Shown piece after piece: positions 19,758 through 28,613 of a stretch of 41,865 nt of DNA; position 1 is the first letter of the stretch; each line of letters begins with the position of its first letter. The translations under genes and the position numbers were made by a program. The stretch comes from Bacteroidales bacterium (GTDB lineage Bacteria; Bacteroidota; Bacteroidia; Bacteroidales; JAGOPY01): contig JAWOHY010000198.1 of assembly GCA_046484945.1 (NCBI GenBank), positions 1 to 41,865 of the forward strand. The letters are read 5' to 3'. Below the pieces are notes generated by a model that worked only from the letters and a program-made list of their open reading frames with translations, made no database searches and was not told where the DNA came from.

Positions 19758-21755
19758 ATGAGAAACATCATACCTTTCCTGGTTATCATCTTCCTGATCC
19801 CATTATTGATCTCCCAAAAACCGGTCGGAAAAAATGAAAAACCTTATGTCGACGGTGAGATCATGGTGAAGATGCGTTCAGATATTTCACCGGTGCAGCA
19901 GGAAGAAATATTCCAGGCTTTCCTGAACGAATACCAGTATCTCGAAATCGAGCCCATCCGGAAATTATCCAATAGGCTGAATATACACCTGTTACGATTT
20001 AAAACCGGAATATTTAACGATGAAAGGGTCTTGCAGGAAATTAAAAACCACCCGTATGTGGAACTTGCCCAGTTCAACCATTTCATCGAACACCGCCAGC
20101 TGATCCCTTCGGATCAGTATTTCGACCTGCAATGGAACATGCACAATACCGGCCAGACAGGCGGCACTGACGATGCCGACATCGACGGACCGGAGGCATG
20201 GGAAATCGGCACTTCAGGGATCACAGCCACCGGCGACACGATTGTGATCGCCGTTATCGACGATGGATTTGACCTGACCCATGAAGACCTTCGTTTCTGG
20301 AAAAACTATCTGGAGATTCCCGGCAACGGTATCGACGATGACAGCAATGGGTATATTGATGATTACCATGGCTGGAATGTTTATTCCAATTCCGGGAATA
20401 TCATCGAAAGGGACCATGGTACGCATGTCACCGGGATTGCGGCGGCTAAAGGAAATAATGATAAAGGCGTGACAGGGGTGAACTGGAATGTCAGGGTAAT
20501 GCCGGTGGTTGGGTCAGGCACTGTGGAGTCGTACGTAGTGGCAGCTTACGCTTATGTGCTCGAGATGCGTGCCCGGTATAATGAAAGCGATGGCACAAAA
20601 GGGGCTTTCATTGCTTCGACCAATGCATCCTTTGGAGTTAATATGGGGCAGCCGGAAGATTTCCCTATCTGGGGAATGATGTATGATTCGCTGGGTGTGC
20701 TGGGTGTGCTGAGCGCCGGGGCAACGGCAAACGCCAACTGGAACATCGATGAAGTCGGCGATATCCCGACAGCATTCCCGAGCGAATTCCTGATCTCCGT
20801 CACAAATACGGATAATAACGACAACCTGAGTACTTTTGCCGGTTACGGCCTCACGACCATTGATCTGGGGGCGCCGGGCACCCAGGTCTATTCAACCCGA
20901 CAAGGCAATGCATATGGTAATAAAACGGGCACTTCGATGGCATCGCCGCACGTGGCAGGGGCCATTGCATATATGTTCTCCATTGCAGATACGGCTTTTA
21001 TGGAAGCCTATCACAACGATCCGGCCGGTATGGCGCTGGTCATCAAGCAGTACATTCTGGATGGCACCGACCCTCTTCCCACTTTGCTAGGCAAATCGGT
21101 TACCGGTGGCAGGCTTAATATTTACAACGCAGCCATGCGGATGCTCTATCCCGATATCATCTTCAGCCCGATGAGTATCCTGAAGCAGCTGCCTCCGGAT
21201 GAACAGGAAAGTGAGATGCTTTCGTTTACCAACAACACCGGCTCCACAATGAATTACTATATCACTTATCCCGATACACTGGAATGGATCAGCCTTAGCG
21301 GAACCCTTACCGGCACGCTGCCGGCCGGTGGAAATGGCAATATCACCGTTCATTTCGATTCGGAAGGAATTATATCAGACTCACTTTTAACGTACCTGAC
21401 ATTCATCTATGGAATCGACAGCCTGTTCAATGTGCCGGTGCATTTGTTTGTTAATCCGTTTGTGGGAGGCAGGGAATATGAGGGCATGGAGGCATGGGGG
21501 CAAGGAGGCATGGCATTATGGCCGAACCCGGCGAGAGAAGTGTTAAGGTTTAAGTTTTCAGGTTTAAGTTCGGGCAGTAATTATACTCTGAGCATAGTCA
21601 ACTCTTCCGGAACGATCCTGCAGGAAATCACGATTACAGGCGAACAGGCCGGATTACAACTAAATACCGGATCGTACCGTGCCGGAAGTTACTTCGTCAT
21701 CCTTAAACAGGGGAATAAGATGATCGATTCAAAAAAATTCATCATCCTCAAATAA
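19758..21755 (+). CDS. S8 subtilisin-like serine peptidase with T9SS CTD
   Basis: Catalytic triad AVIDDG, DHGTHVTG, GTSMASPHVAG; N-terminal propeptide; LWPNP...GSYFV...KKFIILK. Confidence 0.92.
   Translation: MRNIIPFLVIIFLIPLLISQKPVGKNEKPYVDGEIMVKMRSDISPVQQEEIFQAFLNEYQYLEIEPIRKLSNRLNIHLLRFKTGIFNDERVLQEIKNHPYVELAQFNHFIEHRQLIPSDQYFDLQWNMHNTGQTGGTDDADIDGPEAWEIGTSGITATGDTIVIAVIDDGFDLTHEDLRFWKNYLEIPGNGIDDDSNGYIDDYHGWNVYSNSGNIIERDHGTHVTGIAAAKGNNDKGVTGVNWNVRVMPVVGSGTVESYVVAAYAYVLEMRARYNESDGTKGAFIASTNASFGVNMGQPEDFPIWGMMYDSLGVLGVLSAGATANANWNIDEVGDIPTAFPSEFLISVTNTDNNDNLSTFAGYGLTTIDLGAPGTQVYSTRQGNAYGNKTGTSMASPHVAGAIAYMFSIADTAFMEAYHNDPAGMALVIKQYILDGTDPLPTLLGKSVTGGRLNIYNAAMRMLYPDIIFSPMSILKQLPPDEQESEMLSFTNNTGSTMNYYITYPDTLEWISLSGTLTGTLPAGGNGNITVHFDSEGIISDSLLTYLTFIYGIDSLFNVPVHLFVNPFVGGREYEGMEAWGQGGMALWPNPAREVLRFKFSGLSSGSNYTLSIVNSSGTILQEITITGEQAGLQLNTGSYRAGSYFVILKQGNKMIDSKKFIILK
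21483..21514 (+). repeat. Four GGCATGGA-like octamers in the S8 linker before the CTD
   Basis: ggcatgga ggcatggg ggcaagga ggcatggc; encodes GMEAWGQGGMA. Confidence 0.8.
21539..21574 (+). repeat. GGTTTAA-family arm copy inside the S8 CTD
   Basis: agtgttaaggtttaagttttcaggtttaagttcggg, 32/36 identical to 28614-28649. Confidence 0.85.
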
Positions 21756-21761
21756 CAAAAT

Positions 21762-21810
21762 CCCCAACTTAAACCTTAAACCTCAAACCTTAAACCTAAA
21801 ACTAAACACT
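21762..21810 (-). repeat. GGTTTAA heptamer array between the convergent S8 and thiolase genes
   Basis: Plus strand reads ccccaacttaaaccttaaacctcaaaccttaaacctaaaactaaacact; overlaps the thiolase stop codon. Confidence 0.9.
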
Positions 21811-23052
21811 TCCACGTTTATAAACCGCTGCGACAACCGTCACATCATCCCCACCCATATTGATGCTGAGTGCATAAGGTTTTTCAGGAGAAATAGCGAT
21901 CTGTGCATCGCCCGCTTTTCCGGTCAGTTGTTCCCATACGGTCACAGCCATGTGCACGCCGGTGCCGCCGGTCGGGTGCCCCCAGCCGATCAAACCGCCG
22001 GTAGTATTCATCGGGATCATGCCATCGCGGGAAGTGTGGCCTTCCGCCACAAACTGCGCCCCTTTGCCTTGTCCGGCAAAGCCGAGCGCTTCAGTGGCAA
22101 GGACTCCGGCAATGGAAAAGCAATCGTGCGTTTCGATCGTCGCCAGGTCTTGAATGCCAATGCCGGCATCTTCCAGTGCCCCCAAAGCAGCCTTTTTGAT
22201 CGTGATCAGTTCGGTCGGGTCGACAGGATCTTCCGTAAGATTACGTACTTTGTGGGCCCAGGAAACGATCTCTACCGCCTCGCTCTTCGGTATGCCGCAA
22301 CGCTTCAGCCCCTCTTCGGAACAAATTACCACGCATGAAGCCCCGTCGGAAACCTTGGAGCAATCCAGCACGTTCAGGTGGTCGACAAAAGCGGCGCCAT
22401 TAGGCTTCATCTTATTATACAGCGCCTCCAGGTCTTCGACCTTGTTTTCATACTCCTGTGCCGTGGGGCAAAGCCTGGCATTTTCGATCGCATTGCGGAA
22501 CCACCGTCCCATCCCCATCCGGGCATAATCCATGCCGTATTTCTCATAATATGCCCCTGCCCTGTCGCTGAACTGGCCCGGGAAGAAATAGGCATGCCCG
22601 TTTTTCCGCTTCTGGAACCAGCCGGCTCCCGCCAGGATATCCGCGCCGTAAATAGCTTTGACCGTGTTCTGCACTTCAATGCCGACTGTCAGTGAAACAT
22701 CCGCCGTGCCGGCCAGTACGTTCTTGATGCTGGTAACCAGTGCCAGGCCGCCGGAGGCGCAGGCCCCTTCCACCCGGAGCGCGGGTTTGAACTGCAATTC
22801 AGGATCAGCCATCGGGAAAAAGCCACCCAGGTGCGCCTGCTTGTTGAATCGTGCTGCCATAAAATTCCCCACCACGCACTCATCGACATGCTTCGCCCCG
22901 CCGATCTGTTTCAGCGTGCCCTGCACCGCTTCGTTAAAATAATGCTCAATGCCCGGACGGACCTTCTTCGGATTGAACTCGCGACGGCCGGTACCCATCG
23001 AAACCGTGTTGAACCCGGCTGCCAAATAGATTTTTTTATGTGGTTTGCTCAT
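21802..23052 (-). CDS. Thiolase (acetyl-CoA acyltransferase), SCP2-type
   Basis: EGACASG catalytic Cys, HDCF motif, GHPTGGTG; C-terminal NMGG instead of CxGGG. Confidence 0.88.
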   Translation of the reverse strand: MSKPHKKIYLAAGFNTVSMGTGRREFNPKKVRPGIEHYFNEAVQGTLKQIGGAKHVDECVVGNFMAARFNKQAHLGGFFPMADPELQFKPALRVEGACASGGLALVTSIKNVLAGTADVSLTVGIEVQNTVKAIYGADILAGAGWFQKRKNGHAYFFPGQFSDRAGAYYEKYGMDYARMGMGRWFRNAIENARLCPTAQEYENKVEDLEALYNKMKPNGAAFVDHLNVLDCSKVSDGASCVVICSEEGLKRCGIPKSEAVEIVSWAHKVRNLTEDPVDPTELITIKKAALGALEDAGIGIQDLATIETHDCFSIAGVLATEALGFAGQGKGAQFVAEGHTSRDGMIPMNTTGGLIGWGHPTGGTGVHMAVTVWEQLTGKAGDAQIAISPEKPYALSINMGGDDVTVVAAVYKRGSV

Positions 23053-23065
23053 TAGACTTTATTAT

Positions 23066-23107
23066 TTGTAATTCGTTGTAATTCGTTGTAATTCGTTGTA
23101 ATTACAA
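23066..23107. repeat. TTGTAATTCG 10-mer x3.8 ending in a short palindrome
   Basis: ttgtaattcg x3 followed by ttgtaattacaa. Confidence 0.9.
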
Positions 23108-23116
23108 TACTGCATC

Positions 23117-24451
23117 TTAGAAATACCCGTTCACCGGGCCGTAGGCATGGAAGAACCCTGTCAGCAGCACGGTATTGACGTCATCAGTGTTATGGGCCAC
23201 CTTGTCAGCCACCAGCTTTTTCCCTATCTCGTTCGAACGCCGGCCATATTCCGACGCCAGCCGGGCGCCGAGGGTATCCATCGACTTCATCTCTCCAAAA
23301 ATGCTGCCAAAGGCCTGGTCTTTCGCTTTGACCTTAACAGCCGCTTTCCACGGGATCAGGGAAGCCGGTGCGGGCCCCAGACGTTCATCACATTTTTCCC
23401 TGAAGCCGGCTATCTCAACATAGGCTTTGGTGTCCGGATCATAAATGGCCACCGGCTTACCCTTTTCATATTTAAGAAAACCGTCTCTCTGCGATCCGTC
23501 GGAGTATTGTCCGCCTGTAACACCGAGGGAGATCATCCGGTCCAGCAGGTCACTGTGGAGATCTTCATCCGGGAGGAAAGGGTTCATAACGTTCATGATG
23601 AAGGACACGACATCGATCCCCACATAATCAATCAATTGAAAGATACCCATGGGTCGGATGAGGAAATCCTGCGAAACGCGGTTCACCATGTAAACGGCCT
23701 CGGCAAACGGCATCTCTTTCGCCAGCTTTTCAGCGGCATGGATGCCATGGAGTGCATCGCGCATGAAATGTCCGTTACCAATAAAACCGGCAAAATCGTT
23801 GGCCAGAACCACCACCTTCCCCAGGCTTTTTGCATAAGCTTTCGCAAATGCGATCATTTCGGGATTGGTCTTGTCCGTCACGATCAGCTCCACCAGCTTC
23901 TGTATGGCCGGCGGGTTGTAAAAATGGAATCCCAGCACCCTTCCGCCCAATCCGGCCTCCTCATCGATCAGATGTATCGGAACCGAGGAGGTATTGGTGA
24001 AGAACCAGGGCTTTTCGGCATTGTTCTGATCGATCTGCGACAACAGCTTCACCTTCAATGCCCGGTTTTCGCTGACCGCTTCGAAGATGAGGGTGGAGTC
24101 GTATGCCGCTTCCAGACGGGTGGTAGGCCTGACCAGGCTCATCACATCGAAAATGTACTGGTTGATGATCTCTTCATTCTCGATCAGACCAGTACGGTCG
24201 GCATAAAGCTTTCGAAGCGCTACTGTTTTCTTTTCAGCAATTTTCTGCACCTGAGCCCTGAGGTACAGCATCAGCCCTGCCAGGCCATCCTTCGACACAT
24301 CCATCGCATGGAGAGCAAAGGCCTTCCCTCTGTTTTCAGGCTTCAGGCTTTGATCGGCCATCTCCACTGCCGTGAGCAACAGGATCCCGCTGCCCATTTT
24401 GCCCGCAGCGCCGAGGACAGTTACATTTTGTAGTTTTTCTGAGTAATCCAT
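23117..24451 (-). CDS. 3-hydroxyacyl-CoA dehydrogenase family protein
   Basis: Rossmann motif VLGAAGKMGSG; EAVSE, TNTSS, GFHFYNPP, GFIGN and PMGIFQLIDYVGID motifs. Confidence 0.9.
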   Translation of the reverse strand: MDYSEKLQNVTVLGAAGKMGSGILLLTAVEMADQSLKPENRGKAFALHAMDVSKDGLAGLMLYLRAQVQKIAEKKTVALRKLYADRTGLIENEEIINQYIFDVMSLVRPTTRLEAAYDSTLIFEAVSENRALKVKLLSQIDQNNAEKPWFFTNTSSVPIHLIDEEAGLGGRVLGFHFYNPPAIQKLVELIVTDKTNPEMIAFAKAYAKSLGKVVVLANDFAGFIGNGHFMRDALHGIHAAEKLAKEMPFAEAVYMVNRVSQDFLIRPMGIFQLIDYVGIDVVSFIMNVMNPFLPDEDLHSDLLDRMISLGVTGGQYSDGSQRDGFLKYEKGKPVAIYDPDTKAYVEIAGFREKCDERLGPAPASLIPWKAAVKVKAKDQAFGSIFGEMKSMDTLGARLASEYGRRSNEIGKKLVADKVAHNTDDVNTVLLTGFFHAYGPVNGYF

Positions 24452-24460
24452 ATTTTGATA

Positions 24461-25228
24461 TTAAAAGTTCGCTTTCCTTTTCTCTAAAAATGCCCGCATG
24501 CCTTCTTCGCCTTCGGCTTTGAACTGTGTTCCGAAGAATTCAGATTCGAGCTTGCTGCCTTCGTCGAGATGCATAAGCTGCCCGTTACGGGCTACGTATT
24601 TTACCTTTTTGACGGCCATCGGGCCTTTCGAGGCAATGATTTTTGCCATCTTCAGTGTCTCTTCCATCAGTTGTTCCGGTTCGGTAACCTTTTGTACCAG
24701 CCCGATCCGCAACGCCTCCTCAGCACCGATCATTTCACCGCTCATCAGCAGCATCAGCGCATCTCCGAGACCTACCAGCCTTGGCAAACGCTGGGTGCCG
24801 GCATAACCCGGGATCATACCCAGGTTCACCTCCGGCTGGCCGAACTTCGCCTTGTTGCTGGCGATGCGGAAATCACAGCCCATTGCCAGCTCCAGGCCAC
24901 CGCCCAACGCGAAGCCATTGATGGCGGCAATCACCGGGATATCCATCTTCTCCAGACTCCTGAACGTGTTCTGCCCTACCTTTGAAAAAGCAATTCCCTC
25001 CTCCGGGGTCATGTCAACCATTTCGGCAATGTCGGCGCCTGCCACAAACGCCTTCCCCTCTCCCGTTATGATCATCACCCGGATCTCCTCCATGCCGGAT
25101 ACCTGGCTGACCATGGCATCCATCTCCTTGAAAAATCGTGCATTCAAGGCATTCAGGGCTTGAGGCCGGTTGATTGTGACGATGGCAATGTTTTCATCAA
25201 CAGTTAATTGTAAGATTTCGTACTCCAT
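24461..25228 (-). CDS. Enoyl-CoA hydratase/crotonase
   Basis: NRPQALNAL, AFVAGADI, GGGLELA, FGQPEVNLG; both catalytic Glu present. Confidence 0.93.
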   Translation of the reverse strand: MEYEILQLTVDENIAIVTINRPQALNALNARFFKEMDAMVSQVSGMEEIRVMIITGEGKAFVAGADIAEMVDMTPEEGIAFSKVGQNTFRSLEKMDIPVIAAINGFALGGGLELAMGCDFRIASNKAKFGQPEVNLGMIPGYAGTQRLPRLVGLGDALMLLMSGEMIGAEEALRIGLVQKVTEPEQLMEETLKMAKIIASKGPMAVKKVKYVARNGQLMHLDEGSKLESEFFGTQFKAEGEEGMRAFLEKRKANF

Positions 25229-25255
25229 GGTTCAAAGGTTTTGTGATTGAAGTTT

Positions 25256-25263
25256 CAAATATA
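25256..25263 (-). promoter_or_regulatory. -7 promoter element (TATATTTG) of the crotonase operon
   Basis: TAnnTTTG on the minus strand, about 28 nt upstream of the ATG. Confidence 0.55.
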
Positions 25264-25275
25264 GGAAAATTCTTG

Positions 25276-25338
25276 AGAAGATAGAAGTCAGAAGTCAGTA
25301 GACAGAAGACAAAAAACACGAAACAAAAAACACGAAAC
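25276..25338 (+). repeat. Composite heptamer array: AGAAGTC-type then AAAAAAC/ACGAAAC-type
   Basis: agaagat agaagtc agaagtc agtagac agaagac aaaaaac acgaaac aaaaaac acgaaac. Confidence 0.85.
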
Positions 25339-25370
25339 AAACTTTTTCATCATATTCCAAACTTTATATG

Positions 25371-25378
25371 TATCTTTG
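25371..25378 (+). promoter_or_regulatory. -7 promoter element (TATCTTTG)
   Basis: Exact TAnnTTTG just upstream of ATG 25390. Confidence 0.6.
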
Positions 25379-25389
25379 TATCATCTCTC

Positions 25390-25869
25390 ATGAGAACCGT
25401 TGTGCAAAATACCAGTATCATCTTCCTGGCAGCCCTGCTGATCATGGCAACGGGCGGGTTTTCGGTTTATGAACACTTCTGCCGTTGTGCCGGGGAGAAA
25501 ACCGCTTCGATATTCGTGGAGGCCCCCTGTCACCATGAAAGTGAATCTTCAGCGGCTTCCTGCTGTATGATAGCTGATCATACATGCTGTGGCACTGATA
25601 AAACCGAAAAAAACTGCCATGACGACGATTGCTGCCAGACAACCGAAACCTATCTGAAAATCTCTGACGATTTTAATTATCAGTTTGATAAAATCTCTCT
25701 CAAATTCATTGTCAGCTTTGTGCAAATACTGACGGGCAGCAGCCTCCTGGCAGTCGAGCAGGATTATACCACACCCGTTCAAAAATTCAATGACATCCCT
25801 CCCCCGCTCTACGGCCGGGAGCTGGTGAACCATCTCCACCAGCTCAAAACAGACCATTGCCTGGTTTAA
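25390..25869 (+). CDS. HYC_CC_PP-like Cys/His-rich protein
   Basis: N-terminal hydrophobic helix, HFC, several CC pairs, C-terminal PPP; lies upstream of a TonB receptor and an HMA gene. Confidence 0.75.
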   Translation: MRTVVQNTSIIFLAALLIMATGGFSVYEHFCRCAGEKTASIFVEAPCHHESESSAASCCMIADHTCCGTDKTEKNCHDDDCCQTTETYLKISDDFNYQFDKISLKFIVSFVQILTGSSLLAVEQDYTTPVQKFNDIPPPLYGRELVNHLHQLKTDHCLV

Positions 25870-25872
25870 CCA

Positions 25873-25946
25873 CTCCGTGTAAATCTGTGTTTACAATCTG
25901 TGTAAATCTGTGAGAAATATTAATCTCTCACAGAGTTACACAAAGG
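25873..25946. repeat. CTGTGTAAAT-type repeats forming a 17-bp hairpin (REP-like)
   Basis: tgtgtaaatctgtgaga (25899-25915) pairs with tctcacagagttacaca (25926-25942), one mismatch; further direct copies lie upstream. Confidence 0.75.
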
Positions 25947-25981
25947 TTTCCTTATCATTCATCTAATAAAATCAGGTAATA

Positions 25982-28204
25982 ATGAAACTCAAATTGATCA
26001 TATCATTTATCATCATCCTGCTGTCAGGTCAAATCTCACCTGCACAATCCATCAAAGGATTTGTGTACGAGCTGAGCGCCAGCCAGGAGAAAACACCTCT
26101 TCCCGGAGCCAATGTGTTTTGGGAAGGAACCAGTCATGGCACAGCCACAGATAAGAACGGGGCATTCTCGCTTGAAACCGTCGGAAGCATAAATCATTAC
26201 CTGGTTGTAAGCTATGTCGGCTATATCAACGATACGCTCCATGCTCATCCAGGCGAATCGATTGAAGTGATCCTGCGGAACAACAAGACCCTGGCGGAGG
26301 TCGAAGTACTGGAAAGGGCTCCCGGGGCCCACATATCACGGAACGATCCGATCCTTACCCAGCAGATCACCATGGGCGAGCTGAAACGGGCCGCCTGCTG
26401 CAACCTGTCGGAAAGCTTCGAGACCAACGCCTCGGTGGATGTGAATTACAGCGATGCCATCACCGGGGCGAAGCAGATCAAACTGCTCGGTCTGGCGGGA
26501 AAATACAGCCAGATGCAGACTGAAAACATCCCCAATCTGCGGGGGCTTGCCTCTTCGTATGGTTTGTCATATATCCCCGGCTCCTGGATGGAGTCGATCC
26601 AGGTCTCCAAAGGAACCTCCTCGGTGAAAAACGGCTATGAATCAGTCACCGGCCAGATCAATGTCGAATACAAAAAGCCTGAAAACCAGGAAATGCTCTT
26701 TCTGAACCTGTACGTCAACCAGATAGGACGTGTAGAAGGCAATGTGAACAGCTCCATCCGGGTCAGCCCGCGCTGGAATACCGCTGTTTTTGGCCATATT
26801 TCCAATCAGGCTGCCACATTCGACCATAATCACGACGGTTTCATCGATGACCCCATGTTTACCCAGGTGAACCTGTTCAACCGCTGGAATTATAATTCCG
26901 AAGTAATGGAAGGGATGTTCGGCGTGAAATATCTGAACGAAGACCGGCAGGGAGGACAAATGGAATATTATAACAATAAAGAGCCGGGATCTGAAGATTT
27001 CTATGGGACCAGGATACTTACCAACCGCCTGGAGGCTTTCAGCAAAACGGGTTTCTTCCTGAACCGCCCCGAAAGCAGCATCGGCTGGATCAACTCGTAT
27101 ATTTACCACGACCTGGACGCATTCTTTGGGCTGAATACTTACGATGCCACTCAGCATAACTTTTACAGCAACCTGATGCTGCAAACCTGGATCGGGAACA
27201 CTGCACACACCATCACAACGGGGATCAGCTACAACCTGGACAATTTTGACGAAACCCTGAACGATTCGGCTTTTATCCGGACAGAGCACACTCCCGGCAT
27301 ATTCGCTGAATATTCCTGGGTAGTGCCTGACAAGTTCACCCTCCTGTTGGGACTGCGTGGCGATTACAACAGCCTGTTCGGCGTCTTCCTCACACCGAGG
27401 CTCCATCTCAAATACAACATCATGCCGAAGCTCGTGGCAAGGGTATCGGCAGGAAGGGGATCGCGCTCGGCCAGCGTCATCGCGGAAAACCTGTCGCTGC
27501 TCACCACATCACGCTATTTTATATTCACCGAAAAGCTCAAAATGGAGCATGCCTGGAATTATGGCATCAACCTGACACAATATGTGGATATCCTGGGACG
27601 TGAATTGAGCATCAGTGCAGAGTATTACCGCACCGGGTTCACGAGCCAGGTGATCATCGACAAAGAGCAGAACCTCGACCAGATCAGGGTCTATAACCTC
27701 GACGGCCCGTCTTATGCCAACACCTGGCAGGTGGAGATGAAGTATGAGCTGATCCGCCGGATGGATGTCACGCTTGCCTTCCGTTACAACGATGTGAAAA
27801 TGACCATCGATGAGCAGTTACAGCGTGAACCGCTGGTGAACAAATACAAAGGACTGGTTACGGCTTCCTATGCTACGAACTTGAGAAAATGGCAGTTCGA
27901 CGTGACCGCGCAATTCAACGGGCCTTCGAGGATCCCCTCTACTGCCATGTTCCCGGAACAATACCGGATGGAGTCTGAATCACCTTTTTATACTGTGCTG
28001 AATGCCCAGGTAACCAGATTTTACAAAAAATGGGAGTTTTACCTGGGAGGTGAAAACCTCGCAAACTACAAGCAAAATCATCCCATTATCGCCTCGGAAG
28101 ACCCCTTTGGTCCGCATTTCGATGCTTCCAATATCTGGGGGCCAATTTCGGGGATAAAAGTGTATCTCGGGGTGAGGTTCCTGTTGAAGCATGACAGACT
28201 GTAA
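25982..28204 (+). CDS. TonB-dependent receptor, probably heavy-metal related
   Basis: Carboxypeptidase-regulatory-like N-domain (PLPGANV..., SYVGY); plug motif AACCNLSESFETN and IQVSKG; beta-barrel ending YLGVRF. Confidence 0.88.
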   Translation: MKLKLIISFIIILLSGQISPAQSIKGFVYELSASQEKTPLPGANVFWEGTSHGTATDKNGAFSLETVGSINHYLVVSYVGYINDTLHAHPGESIEVILRNNKTLAEVEVLERAPGAHISRNDPILTQQITMGELKRAACCNLSESFETNASVDVNYSDAITGAKQIKLLGLAGKYSQMQTENIPNLRGLASSYGLSYIPGSWMESIQVSKGTSSVKNGYESVTGQINVEYKKPENQEMLFLNLYVNQIGRVEGNVNSSIRVSPRWNTAVFGHISNQAATFDHNHDGFIDDPMFTQVNLFNRWNYNSEVMEGMFGVKYLNEDRQGGQMEYYNNKEPGSEDFYGTRILTNRLEAFSKTGFFLNRPESSIGWINSYIYHDLDAFFGLNTYDATQHNFYSNLMLQTWIGNTAHTITTGISYNLDNFDETLNDSAFIRTEHTPGIFAEYSWVVPDKFTLLLGLRGDYNSLFGVFLTPRLHLKYNIMPKLVARVSAGRGSRSASVIAENLSLLTTSRYFIFTEKLKMEHAWNYGINLTQYVDILGRELSISAEYYRTGFTSQVIIDKEQNLDQIRVYNLDGPSYANTWQVEMKYELIRRMDVTLAFRYNDVKMTIDEQLQREPLVNKYKGLVTASYATNLRKWQFDVTAQFNGPSRIPSTAMFPEQYRMESESPFYTVLNAQVTRFYKKWEFYLGGENLANYKQNHPIIASEDPFGPHFDASNIWGPISGIKVYLGVRFLLKHDRL

Positions 28205-28205
28205 G

Positions 28206-28238
28206 GAATTTTGAATTTTGAATTTTGAATTTTGAATT
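28206..28238 (+). repeat. GAATTTT heptamer x4.7
   Basis: gaatttt x4 plus gaatt, directly after the receptor stop codon. Confidence 0.92.
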
Positions 28239-28246
28239 AATATGAG

Positions 28247-28609
28247 ATGAAAACAGAATTTTCAATAGTTGCTGTAATGATGATGATATCTCTGATGATC
28301 AGCGGTCCTGTGTTTGCACAGGAAAAGAAGAAGAATTACGAAGAAGTGGAAATCAAGACTTCGGCGGTATGTGGCATGTGCGAAGAACGGATCGAAGGCA
28401 ATATCGCCTTTGAAAGGGGAGTCAAAAAAGTGGACCTTGATGATGAGACCAAGGTGGTTACTATCGGTTATGATCCACGTAAAACCGACCCGGACAAGCT
28501 GCGCAAAGCCATCTCAAAACTGGGCTATGATGCCGATGATGTGGAAGCCGACCAGGTAGCACATGATAAGCTGCCGCAATGCTGCCAGAAGGGGAACGAT
28601 CCGCATTGA
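28247..28609 (+). CDS. Secreted heavy-metal-associated (HMA) domain protein
   Basis: Signal peptide; CGMC metal-binding motif; C-terminal LPQCC. Confidence 0.88.
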   Translation: MKTEFSIVAVMMMISLMISGPVFAQEKKKNYEEVEIKTSAVCGMCEERIEGNIAFERGVKKVDLDDETKVVTIGYDPRKTDPDKLRKAISKLGYDADDVEADQVAHDKLPQCCQKGNDPH

Positions 28610-28613
28610 TCTC

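Noticed and set aside
23147-24433. 428-aa plus-strand ORF and other long antisense ORFs (e.g. 1702-2793, 35726-36607)
   Set aside because: They mirror well-supported genes on the opposite strand and have no recognisable motifs; likely codon-bias shadow ORFs.
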